Counted from the first letter of the stretch, positions 19,441 to 30,239 are shown. The stretch: DNA of 64,000 bases from an uncultured Gemmatimonadales bacterium (GCA_963821525.1 CAWGED010000005.1:352001-416000), one strand, 5' to 3'. Translations and numbers: made by a program. Notes: generated by a model not told the origin, from the sequence alone.

Positions 19441-20420
19441 ATGAGTGACAACCGCATCCCCGAGATGCCCGAGAGCGCCGACGACGGCACCGTGCTGCAG
19501 AAGCGGGTCGATCGCCGGGATGCGCTGGGCCTCCTGCTCGGCGGCCTGGCCGCCGGCGCTGCCGCGGTGGCCGCGTGTACCCCGCTCACCGCGGCGACGC
19601 CCGAGGAGCGCGAGCTCAAACTGCTCGAATGGGAACAGTTCACCCAGAAGCACTATCGCCGGATGACCGAGGAGGAGCGCGCAGAGACCATCCAGCGGCT
19701 CGAGCGCCTCGCCAAGCTGCTCCATAACCAGGACGTCACCATCGCCACTACCAATGCATTGCCGGGAGTCCTCTTCGGCTACGCCTTCAACATCTCGAAG
19801 TGCAAGGGCTACCGGCGCTGCGTCGAGGCCTGCATCAACGAGAACAACCTGGACCGCAAAGCGGACACGCAGTACATCCGGATCTTCGAGAACGGAACAC
19901 GGCGTGGTCAATCTCAACGATGCCGATGCGACCTATCCAACACGAGGTGCCGGCCGAGGGCCACTTCTACCTCGGGACCCAGTGCTTCCAGTGCGCCAAC
20001 CCGCCCTGCGTCCCGGTCTGCCCGGTGGGCGCCACCTGGCAGGAGCCCGATGGCATCGTGGTGATCGACTACAACTGGTGCGTCGGATGCCGGGCCTGCA
20101 TGGCCGCTTGCCCCTACTGGGCGCGGCGCTTCAACTGGGACGTGCCCGAGGTGCCCAACGAGGAAGTGAACCCCAATCAACACTACCTCGGGAATCGTGC
20201 CCGCAAACAGGGATGCGTCGAGAAGTGCACCTTCTGCATCCACCGGACCCGGCAGGGCCGGTTGCCGGCCTGCGTCGAGGCCTGTCCCACCGGGGCGCGG
20301 GTCTTCGGCAACCTGTTGGATCCCGATTCCGAGATTCGTTGGGTGCTCGCAAACAAGCAGGTCTTCCGTCTGAAGGAAGAGCTCGCGACGGAACCGCGCT
20401 TCTGGTACTTCATCGACTGA
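19441..20420 (+). CDS. NrfC/PsrB/DsrO-like iron-sulfur subunit, copy 2 (indels near 19890-19940)
   Basis: Same Cys motifs as copy 1 (CKGYRRCVEAC ... CVGCRACMAACPY). Confidence 0.85.
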
Positions 20421-20427
20421 GGCGACC

Positions 20428-21721
20428 GTGCATCTACGAGCCTTCCTGTTGAGCGCGCTGCGCTCCGTGACCTCCGGCGATCGCCGCTACCATCTCTGGA
20501 TGGGGAGCCTGACGGCGATCATGCTGGTCGGGGGCTATGCCTACCTCGTCCAGGCCACCCACGGGCTCGTCGTCACGGGGATGAACGACCATGTGAGTTG
20601 GGGACTGTACATCTCCAACATGGCGTTCCTCGTGGGGGTGGCGGCCGCGGCGGTGATCCTGGTGATGCCGGCGTATGTCCTGCAGGACGTCGACTTCAGC
20701 CAGGCCGTCCTCATCGCCGAGGGGGTCGCGGTGTCCGCCCTGGTCATGTGCCTCAGCTTCGTCACGGCCAACAGTCCGGGCTTTCCCTGGAAGTGGTGGC
20801 GCCTCACGCCGGTCATCGGACTGCTAAACTGGCCCAGCTCGATGCTGGCATGGGACGTCATTGCCCTGAACGGCTACCTGGTGCTCAACCTCACCATCCC
20901 GTTCTACATCCTCTACAGCCACTTCACCGGACGCGAGCCGGAGAAGAAGAAGTACGTGCCGTTCATTTACCTCTCGGTCGTCTGGGCGGTGAGCATTCAC
21001 CTGATTACCGCGTTTCTTTCGCGGCCCCACCGTCCCGCCCCCTGTGGAACTCGCCGCTGCTTGGGCCCCGCTTCCTGGCCTCGGCCTTCACGGCCGGCCC
21101 CGCGTTCATGATCCTGTTGCTCGGGTTTATCCGGTCGACCAGCCAAGTACCCCATTTCGGACATGGCCATCTCGAAACTGGCCACCGCCACCACCGTGGC
21201 GGCGCAGATCAATCTCGTGATGCTCTTTTCCGAGCTGGTTTACGAGTTCTACTTTCCCACGCATCACAGCATCAGCGCGCGATATCTCTTCTTCGGCCTC
21301 GGCGAGCATCATGCGCTGGTGCCGTGGATCAGGACCGCGGATCACCCTCAACGTCGTGGCGACGTGGTCGCTCATGATCCACCCGCTGCGGCGTAACCCG
21401 CGCTGGCTGATGCCGGCCTGCGCCACGCTGTTCGTCGGCATCTGGGTCGAGAAGGGGATCGGCCTGGTGATCCCGGGCTTCATTCCCTCGCCGCTGGGCG
21501 AGATCGTCGAGTACACCCCCACCTGGGTCGAGCTGTGCGTGACCGCCGGCATCTGGGCCTTGGGCCTGTTCGTCCTGACCGTCCTGGTGCGGGTGGCGCT
21601 TCCGATCGAGCTGGGGCATGTGCGCAGTCCCTATCTGGAGCAGGGGCCCGCCCCGCGGGCAGTCCGCCCGCGCGCGACCCGGGTGCGGCACGAGGACGTC
21701 CGGCCGGTCCGGACCCGATGA
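20428..21721 (+). CDS. NrfD/PsrC/DsrP-like membrane subunit, copy 2 (indels)
   Basis: VTGMNDHVSWGLYISNMAFLVG; C-terminal part almost identical to copy 1. Confidence 0.85.
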
Positions 21722-21763
21722 TACGACGCTGGGCACTCCGCCAGCCGACTTTACTTCCACGAG

Positions 21764-22753
21764 GTGATGGCCATGACCAGACATAGAGCAAACGACACCC
21801 GGTACTCCTTCGCCGCGCTCGCCGCGGGGCTGGTGGGGGCGGCCGGGCTGGCCGGCGGACTGTTCCTCGCGGGGATCGCGCCGCCGCTGGCCGCGGTGGC
21901 GGGCCTGGGACTGGGGGTGCTCCTCGCCGCCGCGATCAAGTACACCGACCAGTGGGAGAAGGCGGTCCTCCTGCGGCTGGGCCGCTATCGGGGCCTGCGA
22001 GGTCCCGGGTACTTCGCCGTCGTCCCGATCCTCGATCGGGTGGCGTACACCATCGACCAGCGGATCCGGACCACGGCGTTCGGCGCCGAATCCTGCCTGA
22101 CCCGCGACACGGTGCCGGTGAACGTCGACGCCATCGCGTTCTGGATCGTGCGCGACGCCGAGCGCGCCGCGCTGGAGGTGCAGGACTACGACGAGGCGGT
22201 CGTCCTCTCGGCGCAGACCGCGCTGCGGGACGCCATCGGGAAGCACGATCTCGCGGAGCTGATCCAGTCCCGGGTGGAGCTGGGCCACGGGCTCAAGGTG
22301 GCGCTGGAACAGAAGATGGCGAATTGGGGGATCCAGGTGCAGTCGGTCGAGATCCGCGACGTCATCATCCCGGCCGCGCTCGAGGATGCCATGTCGCGCC
22401 AGGCCCAGGCCGAACGGGAACGCCAGGCCCGCATCATCCTGGGCACGGCGGAAACCGAGATCGCCCACAAGTTCGTCGAGGCCGCGGACGCCTACCGCGA
22501 CCACCCCGCAGCCATGAACCTGCGCGCGATGAACATGCTCTACGAGAGCATCGTCAAGCGCGGCTCGCTCATGGTGGTGCCGTCAGGCCTGGCCGACTCG
22601 CTGAACGTCCCATCCCTGATGGGCGTGATGGGTGCCACCGGACTGCTGCCGCGGGATGGCGAGGCCAAGGCACCGGTGATGGGAGGTGGGGCGGCCACGG
22701 TCGCGCCTGGGGCGCCTGCCCCCAGCGCGGCGGAAACCGGGAAGGCGCACTAG
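21764..22753 (+). CDS. SPFH/stomatin (slipin) family protein, copy 2
   Basis: Intact ORF with the same SPFH motifs as copy 1. Confidence 0.9.
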   Translation: MMAMTRHRANDTRYSFAALAAGLVGAAGLAGGLFLAGIAPPLAAVAGLGLGVLLAAAIKYTDQWEKAVLLRLGRYRGLRGPGYFAVVPILDRVAYTIDQRIRTTAFGAESCLTRDTVPVNVDAIAFWIVRDAERAALEVQDYDEAVVLSAQTALRDAIGKHDLAELIQSRVELGHGLKVALEQKMANWGIQVQSVEIRDVIIPAALEDAMSRQAQAERERQARIILGTAETEIAHKFVEAADAYRDHPAAMNLRAMNMLYESIVKRGSLMVVPSGLADSLNVPSLMGVMGATGLLPRDGEAKAPVMGGGAATVAPGAPAPSAAETGKAH

Positions 22754-24193
22754 CAGATCCTCCCCTGCGTTTGACTGCTCCGGAATAGTATTCCCATGGC
22801 AGGCGGCGCAGGTCTGGGGGTTCTTGCGCTTCATCCGCTCGGCATCGAACCCCGGCCCGTGCGGATTGAAGCTGCGGCCGCTCTGGGCCGAGTGACACGC
22901 CAGGCAGTCCCGCTCGGAGTGGCAGGCGACGCAGGTCTCGATGTTCTGCCGTGCGGCGGTGCCGTGATTGAGGAGGAAGACACCGCTGGCGTCATGGTAT
23001 CCCGGCTGCAATTTGCCGGGCGACACCAGGCCGGCCTGCTGATGGCAGGTGACACAGAATGCGGCCTGATTGTGGCACTCCGCGCACTCGGCCTGCCGAT
23101 TGAAGGCGGCGGCGGGATGCCGGGTCAGGAATCCAGCCGGGTGGTAGTTGCCCGCTGCTCCTGCGTTCGGACGGTGGCATTCCAGGCACTCGGCGCGCTC
23201 GTGGCAGGCGCTGCAGGTGCCCGGCGATGAGCCGGCGAGCGGGCCATGCTTGTCCACGAAATCGGCCGAGTGGGATGCAGGCCGGCCCCGTTCGATGCGC
23301 GCACCGATCCCTCGTCCCGGTCCACTGGCCGGAAGCAGCAGGACCACGTTGGGCGGGGCGCGATGGCAGGCCATGCAGCTCTCCTGCGTGTGGCAAAAGG
23401 CGCAACTTCCCGGGTCCTTTTTGGCATTCCCCCCGTGCTGCGAGAGAAACCGGCCCTCCTGGTGGGAGGCCGGCGCCTCTAGCTCGGCCTTGATCGCCAG
23501 CGAGCGGGGATCAACTGCCAGAGCCTGGATCGCCTTGACTTCGGGCGCGTTGACGTGGCACTGAACGCAGAAGTCCCGCGCATGGCAGATGGAACAGCTC
23601 AGTGTGCTGCGCTCCGCCTGGTCGCCATGACCCTTGGAAGAGAGGAACGCCGTGTCATCGTGCGACGCGGGCTTCTCGAACTTCGCCACCCGCGCCTCCG
23701 GCAGGGCCGTTGCCTCAGCCAGCGGGAAATGGCAGGTGCCGCAAGCGGTGTCGGGGGCGGAGAAATGCGCCGTTCGGATCCCGTGGCAGTCGAGGCACTG
23801 GGCTGAAATGGTGCGCCGGACGGTCAACCAGCTAGCCCCCGAGGGGATGTGGCAGGCAGGGCAAGCGAGGGCGGAATCGGCCGGGAGCTTCTCGCCTGAC
23901 TCCCGCGCATGCTCGGCGTGGGTGAAGCGGAAGTTCGAGGGATGAGCCGGGGGTGGTGACCAGTCCACCTTCTTCTCGATCGAACCGTCATGGCAGACGG
24001 CGCAGGACTCCGGAGAGGGATAGACTGGGCGTCCAGTTTCGGTGATGCCGGCGTGACATCCCTGGCATTCCGGAAAGACCTTGCGGTGCTTCTCGTGGTC
24101 GAAGACGTCGCGGTCCTGGCGGAGCACTGCGCTGCCGAAGGCGCCGAGCAGGATCACGAGGCCCGCGGCAAGTGGGATGCTAGGGAGCCTCAT
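22583..24193 (-). CDS. Multiheme cytochrome c, 16 CxxCH (3' end uncertain)
   Basis: MRLPSIPLAAGLVILLGAFG signal; FDHEKH; 16 CxxCH with paired CxxCH-x4/5-CxxCH repeats; ORF runs into the convergent gene. Confidence 0.85.
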   Translation of the reverse strand: MRLPSIPLAAGLVILLGAFGSAVLRQDRDVFDHEKHRKVFPECQGCHAGITETGRPVYPSPESCAVCHDGSIEKKVDWSPPPAHPSNFRFTHAEHARESGEKLPADSALACPACHIPSGASWLTVRRTISAQCLDCHGIRTAHFSAPDTACGTCHFPLAEATALPEARVAKFEKPASHDDTAFLSSKGHGDQAERSTLSCSICHARDFCVQCHVNAPEVKAIQALAVDPRSLAIKAELEAPASHQEGRFLSQHGGNAKKDPGSCAFCHTQESCMACHRAPPNVVLLLPASGPGRGIGARIERGRPASHSADFVDKHGPLAGSSPGTCSACHERAECLECHRPNAGAAGNYHPAGFLTRHPAAAFNRQAECAECHNQAAFCVTCHQQAGLVSPGKLQPGYHDASGVFLLNHGTAARQNIETCVACHSERDCLACHSAQSGRSFNPHGPGFDAERMKRKNPQTCAACHGNTIPEQSNAGEDLLVRLPGFRRAGGRRPRRDRGRPTSHHRCLGLAIPRQQSGGTHHAHQGWDVQRVGQA

Positions 24194-25673
24194 CGCCGCC
24201 CTTCTCGCCGGACAGCGGGCGGGAGGGGCAGCCGGTCGGCGCTCGAGCCGAAGAGCCAAGAGAGGGTGGCGCTTACCCGAGTCTGGGACCAGTTGATGGT
24301 GGAGGCATCGGGCCGCTTGCGATCCTCGTCGTATCGGGTTGCCCCGAGGCCGAGGCGTAGGCGTTCGGTCGCTCGGAGATCGATGGAGAGACCATACCAG
24401 GTCAGCGCGGGGTCCTCTACCCGGTACTCGAGCGGTCGAACCAGGTGGCCTGCCTTGCGCCGTGAGAGTCATGGCGTGGGTCGGCCGCACGCTGAGGCTC
24501 CCATCCACGCCTTGGGAGGCAGCGCCGGGTCCGAATTCGGCCTGATAACCCCCGTCAATACTTACGGCTGAGGAGATGCTGTACCCCGCCCCCGCGTTCC
24601 AGCGCCAGCCTTCGGTTTCCTCTGTGAGCAGCGGTGTTTCCGCTTCGGCGTCCGCGTACCAGTAACGCTCCCCGCCACCGCGGAGCGTCAGGCCGCGCAC
24701 CGGTGACACCCACAGCGAGCCGTTTACGGCGGAGTACGGCACCGGACTGAACACGCCCCAGAGGCTCCAGAGGTCGAAGTAGGGACGGTAGCGCCTGATG
24801 CCTACTGCCCCGCCGAACCGCGTCTGGCTGTGGCGGAGGGTCAGGTCCGCGTTGCCCCACCAGCCCCAGGCGAGATCGTAGTCGGCGCCCCCGGTGAGGC
24901 TCCAGCCGGTGAGGGGACGAATGGTCGCCGAAAGGGCCATCCGCTCCGAAACGAAGTTCCGAGTGTCCCGGTCGACCTCGCGCTCATAGTCCAAGCCGCG
25001 CGTCCACCGTGCGGCTCTGCCATTCGACGGCGCCCCCGGCAAGGAGCTGCCGTGACGGGGGCTGGAAGTCGTCCAGGGGGTTCAGCGCGTCACTGGTCAC
25101 GGGGAGGGCGCTGCCCCTCGCCAATCCAAGACCCACATAGCCGATCGCGGTCAGCCCTTGCTTCGGGAAGCGATAGGCCAGGCGACCTCCGTCGTAACCG
25201 TAGTACCCGAGGCGCCCGCGCTCGATCTGCCGTCCGAGTCGTGCGGTGAAGCGATCCGCGGCGTACTCGCCGTACCCCTCCACCAACTGCACGGCGGGAT
25301 CGGTCCCCGGCCAGACGTCAGAGCTGCTGAGATCCGCGCCGACCCGGGCATTGGCATGCAGGCTGAGGCCGTGCACGCCGAAACCCCAGGCCGTGAGGTC
25401 GGCGCTGGTCATGAACGGGCCGCCATGGAGGATCGGGCCCGCGCGGAAGAAGTAGCAGTAGGTTAGCCCGGTGCAGCTGACAGCGTAGCCGTCCGGAGTC
25501 TCGGGGCCGCCGCTGGGGCCGGTCACGACCTGACCGGCCAGGATGCTGTCTTTTTGGACGCCCCGATACGAAACGCTTTGTACTCGCGAATCGAGCCGGA
25601 CCAGGTATTCTTGCGCCCTCCCTACGGCAGGGGCCGCGAGCAGCAGCAGGGCCCATCCCAGCCCGGCTTTCAT
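24190..25673 (-). CDS. Putative outer-membrane beta-barrel (porin; indels near 24990 and 24455)
   Basis: Signal MKAGLGWALLLLAAPAVGRA; ARLGRQ...YDGGRL and many amphipathic strands; ATGA overlaps with both flanking cytochrome genes. Confidence 0.7.
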
Positions 25674-27633
25674 CCCGCCTTCGCTGGCTTGAGGAGCCGT
25701 GACCGGTACTGACCGGGCTCGGCCTGCAGGTGACAGGTTGTGCACTCCCGCTCGGGATGGTGATCCACGTCGGCGTCGTGGCAGGCCAGGCAGAAGGACC
25801 GGGTGGGCGACAAGGGTGCGATGGCGGCGGTCGCATGGCAGGCGTCGCAGGCGATGTGCACGCGCACCGGCTGGGCGTGGGGCTCCCGGATCGTCGCGGT
25901 CCGGTGGCACCACGCACAGTCGCGCCCGCTCGGCATGGTGCTTGTCGTGGCAGCCCTCGCAGGTGGTGACCGAGTCTGCCGGATGGAGAGTGACTTGTTC
26001 GGAGTGGCAGTCGGTGCACTTGATATCAGAGTGCTTCTCGTGCGGGAAGCCCACAGGCCGATGACGCGCCGGCTTGCCGGCGGCCGCGATAGAGACATCC
26101 ACCTCGACGGTCGAAGGCATCTCGCCCGCCTCATGGCAGGACGTGCAGTCGCTACGCTGGGGGGCCTGGTGGTGGCAGATCTGGCAGCCACGCGGCGGTG
26201 CGAAGGTGAGCTTTTGCGCCGGACCTGCTGAGGTGGCAGGTGAGGCACGGCAGCTTCTGATGTATGGGATGTGAAAATGTATCGCTCTGCGAGGCGGGGA
26301 GGGCGTTGAGCGCCTTCCTCGGGGGATCATCCCCAGGCAGCGCGTCACCTTTCCCTTTGCTGGGTCGCTCTGGTTTGACTGCGGGGGACTCAGGGGCCAG
26401 CGAGTGTTGGAGCGCCTTCAGGGTATCGAAGGGAAGCGGCGGCTGAATCTTCCCGCCCGGGTTGCGGGCCCGCACGGCCTCATGGCAACCGGTACAGTCA
26501 CTGGCGTCCACCCGAGCCGCGTGCGGCTGGTGGCACAGGGTACACTGTTCGACCTTCGCGCGGTGCGCGGCCCCGGTGTGGAACGGATTCTTGCGCCAGT
26601 CGGCATGGCAGGCCGCGTCGGTACAGGATTTCTTCGTCTCACCCTTGTTGAGCTGACTATGCGGGTTGTGGCACATGCCGCAGGTGCCGCGGTGTGGATC
26701 CTCACCCACCGAGAAGTTCGGCAGCAGCCCCTCCATCTGGTGGCAAGACAAGCACTGCTTGATGTTGGGCCGAAGGGCACCTGCCGCGGAGTCGCGGGTC
26801 GCGAGGGCCGCTACTTGCGTGGTGAACTTGTGGCAGACGATGCAGTGGAGATCCGTCTGATCAGCCATCTTGCCGAGCTTGATCCTGCTGTCCTCGGTGA
26901 GGTGGCACCCCTTCTGCACGCAGGTGCTGTCGGCCGGCATGAACCGGTGTGCCGTCCGGGCGTGACAGGTGAGACACTCCACCTTTCCCTTGAGCGCCGA
27001 GGAGTCCGACTCGAGGTGGGTCCGATGCCCCGCCGTAGCCGCTATCGCCTGCCAGGTCTCCTTTGCTGCACCCTGCACGTGGCATGCTTCGCAGGTCGTC
27101 CGCGGTACCTTGGCGTGGGGCGGGATCTCCTTGCCGCGTATGCCCGACATCCAGAAGATGAGCTTGACGGCCTCCTTCGTCGGGTTGAGCGGGTGGCAGG
27201 TATGGCAGCTGATGCTATCGTGCTTGCCTTCCAGCTTGGGGACGATGCTATAGAAGCCGGTGTCGGGTGGGCGACCGTCTGACCGCTGGGCACGAAGATG
27301 TGACAACCGTTGCAGAACCGCTTGTCGGTTTCGACGAACTGGTAGCTCTGGTACCCCATGCCAGCCGCCACCATGAGCGCGACCACCGCGCCCCCTGCCA
27401 GGGCGAGCTTGATACCGCCACTCCGGGTCCGAAGCCAAGTGAAGAACGCGACCCGGCGGGGCCAGAACCAGCGCAGGAAAAGGAAGGCCAACCCGCCCGC
27501 CAGCACCACGCCCCCCCACATGACCCACGGCGAGCGCTGGAACAGCCATTGGATGATGGGCGTTAGTCGGTCGCTCGGACGGCGCGTGTTGGCTGTCGAC
27601 CGGGAAGGCAAGGAAGGAAAGGTTGTGGAGCAT
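25670..27633 (-). CDS. Membrane-anchored multiheme cytochrome c, ~20 hemes, NapC/NirT-like N-terminus (indels; start uncertain)
   Basis: Two TM segments, then ETDKRFCNGCH...H...CHTCH; 18 CxxCH plus 2 CX4CH after joining frames. Confidence 0.8.
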
Positions 27634-27714
27634 GTCGGTATAGAAAATACCCGCCCCGGCAAAAGGAACATCGCCGGGGCGGGTGAGACTCCGCGTCACC
27701 AAGGCGCGCCCCAA

Positions 27715-29406
27715 TCAGTGCGCGGATGCTCTCATGACGATCTTTTCAGTTGCCGGTGCCATCCGGAGCTGCCCACTTCGGATCGCACGCTGGATCTTCT
27801 CCTGCATCGCCGCTGGCGGCGCGGGCAGGAACCCTCCGTAGTTGGCTTCCAGGTCCGCAATCGATGACAACAGCAGTGCCCGGTACAGGAACGGATTGTG
27901 CACGCCGTGCGATCCGTCGGGATGGCCGGACAGCTCCTCACCGAGCATCTGAGCGTTGAACAGCGCACCCTTGGCCGGCGTGGGCCTTGCGGCGTTGGTC
28001 GGGTCGATCAGCGGTCGAAGATCGAGCTCTTCCGGCGCGTTGAGCTGTATCTTGGCCAGGTAGCCCAGTGTCCGCCGGGTAGGCATCCAGTTTCTCGTCG
28101 CCATTGAGGTCCACCCACAGTACATCGAGGTAGCCCTCCTTCTCGTCCCTGATGCTGTTCAGCAGCTGGACTGCGACGGGTTCACTATGGCACCCCGACG
28201 CCGCGCAGGCGGCCCACGATCTGACTGGGTTGGTCATAGGCGCACGAGTTGTCAAACGTCGTATCCACGACACCCGGGCTGCCGGGCATGAAACAGGGCA
28301 GCGGATGGAAGCTGTGGCCGCTGTACGAAACCGGGTTGCCGCCGGCGTCCACACCGGTAAGGGCGTTCACGTGGCAGCCGGCGCAGAGCCGCGGGTTCGT
28401 CTCCGACCCGTGGGTCGCGAGAATTGCAGTGGTGTCGTATACGGTCCCCGGCGGGAAATACCCTGCGGTCCCGAACAACACGGGCCCCTGCGTGGCGTGC
28501 GGCCCACGGGAATTGGTGGGGGTGGGATCAGGCGTCCGGTTGTGGCAGTGGGTGCAGAGGTTCACCTCAATGACCGGCGAGTTGATCGGGAAGCGTAGCT
28601 GCCCTTCCCAGGGTAGGTTCGTCGCCGGATCCCTGGCCGTGCCGTGTGGATCGTGGCAGACCGCACAGGTCTGCGGCAGGAGCGTAGTGGTCCCCAGCTC
28701 CTTGTAGACGGTATTGACTCCCCACGCAGCCAAGGCTCCCTTCGCCTCGTGGCACGGCTGGCACTCAGCTCGGGGGGCGGGGGTCGCGTTGAGGATCCCG
28801 TGCCGGGACGATTTCCATTCCTTCAGGTAATTGTGGTTCCGCGAGGGTCCGGCTCCCTGGTGGCAGCCCCCGCAACCCGAGTTGACGATGGCCGCAGTAT
28901 CCGCCGCGGTCGGGGGAGGGGTGTTGGGGGGTTCAGGAGGGAAGGCCATGATGCTCGGAATGGGACGGGTTGCCACGGTCGTCGGATTCTGAACGTGATC
29001 GTACCCGGCCCGTGACAACTCTCGCACTGAACGTCGTAATAGGCCGCGGTCCTTCACCGCGTCGTAACCCACGCTGGCGGCAGCCTGGTTCCCGCGGGAG
29101 TTCACGGTGTGGCAGCCTTCGCAGGAGGGGTCGGCCGCCGGGTTGGCCTGCAGGGTTGTCCCAAGCGGTCGCATGTAGGGTCTGGATCCAGTCGGCCTGC
29201 TGGCCCACGTGACAGTTGCCGCAGGTGGTTTGCTGCTCGGACGCTGTGAAGTAGCCGAGGAAGCCGCTGTTGGCATCGGGTGGCGGATTGAAAGGCGGTC
29301 GGTCCTTGTAGACCGTGTCGGTACACCCGACGGCCACAAACGCGAGTAGCCCCAGCAGGACACAAATCCGCTGCGGCGACCCAATGGGAGAGAAGAAGCC
29401 CGTCAT
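27715..29406 (-). CDS. Multiheme cytochrome c lipoprotein, ~9 hemes (indels)
   Basis: VAVGC lipobox; CGNCH...W..T.HA.A, CEGCH, VQCESCHGPG, CGGCH, CQPCH, CAVCHDPH, CTHCH, CAGCH, CAASGCH. Confidence 0.8.
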
Positions 29407-29588
29407 AGGGCCACCCCTTATGTAACGCGTTGTCCGTAGAAATACGGTGAGGCTAGTAGCGCTAAGATACGGATGCCGGGAGCGAGGGCAAGAGGGAGAG
29501 TGTAACCGTGAAGGAACTTTAAGCCGAAGTTTAAGCTGGACTCATGCCAAACCCTGGGTACCTGCGTACAGGAAATGCGACCAATCGT

Positions 29589-30239
29589 TCAGACTGATCC
29601 GGTTGGCAGCGCGGTCACCTTCCGCTTCTTTCGTTTGAGCCGGGCTAATCGGGCGTGTTCCTCCCGTTCCCGCTCCTCCAGCACCGCCCGGATACGGTTC
29701 ACATCGGTTCGCAGGGCCGGAGCCAGGCGGCGTTCCAGGGTATTCACCTGGCGCGAGGTCTGAGCCAGCGCCAGCCCCAGGCGTTGGAGCAGCAATTCGC
29801 GCGGAGCGGCGTCCAGCAGCAGGTCGGTCAGCCGCTCGAACCACTCGGCGGTTCGGATTGCCGATCCGGTACTGCTCCCGGGCCCGAGGCCACGGGCGCT
29901 TTGAGAGCGCGGAACCCTGGGACGATCGATGAGTTCCGATACCGCGATACCCCAGACCACACCCGGCCGGATGCCGACTCGAAGCTCCCGGGTGGGCCAG
30001 CCGAGGGCTCGCACCCCGTCGTATCCCTCTTCGCCGAGGACATCGAGAAGGGAAGGGTAGGCCCGGGCGGCGGCCTCCGCGATCAGGGCGCGGGCATCGG
30101 CGGCCGGTCGGGCCAGGCGGAACAGTTCGCTGACCAGCGCTTCCCGCTTGCGCCGCAGCAGGTCGCGTCCCCGGCCCAGCTGCTGGAGCCTTCGCTGGGT
30201 GTTCAGCAGGTTGAGGCGCGTCGCAGCGGTCGCGCTCAT
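29589..30239 (-). CDS. ntpD: V/A-type ATP synthase subunit D
   Basis: ATRLNLL, GRDLLRRKREALV, TSRQVNTLE, LEEREREEHARL. Confidence 0.9.
   Translation of the reverse strand: MSATAATRLNLLNTQRRLQQLGRGRDLLRRKREALVSELFRLARPAADARALIAEAAARAYPSLLDVLGEEGYDGVRALGWPTRELRVGIRPGVVWGIAVSELIDRPRVPRSQSARGLGPGSSTGSAIRTAEWFERLTDLLLDAAPRELLLQRLGLALAQTSRQVNTLERRLAPALRTDVNRIRAVLEEREREEHARLARLKRKKRKVTALPTGSV

Larger units (their letters stand above)
16109..22627 (+). repeat. Tandem duplication of ~3.2 kb (16109-19337 and 19399-22627)
   Basis: Both units begin ccccttccgc and end catccctgatgggcgtg; both carry FeS, NrfD and SPFH genes in the same order. Confidence 0.9.

Noticed and set aside
22583..26348. Apparent porin-cytochrome fusion ORFs (22583-25042 and 24984-26348)
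   Set aside because: Internal signal peptides and ATGA stop/start overlaps at 24190-24193 and 25670-25673 show separate genes joined only by indels
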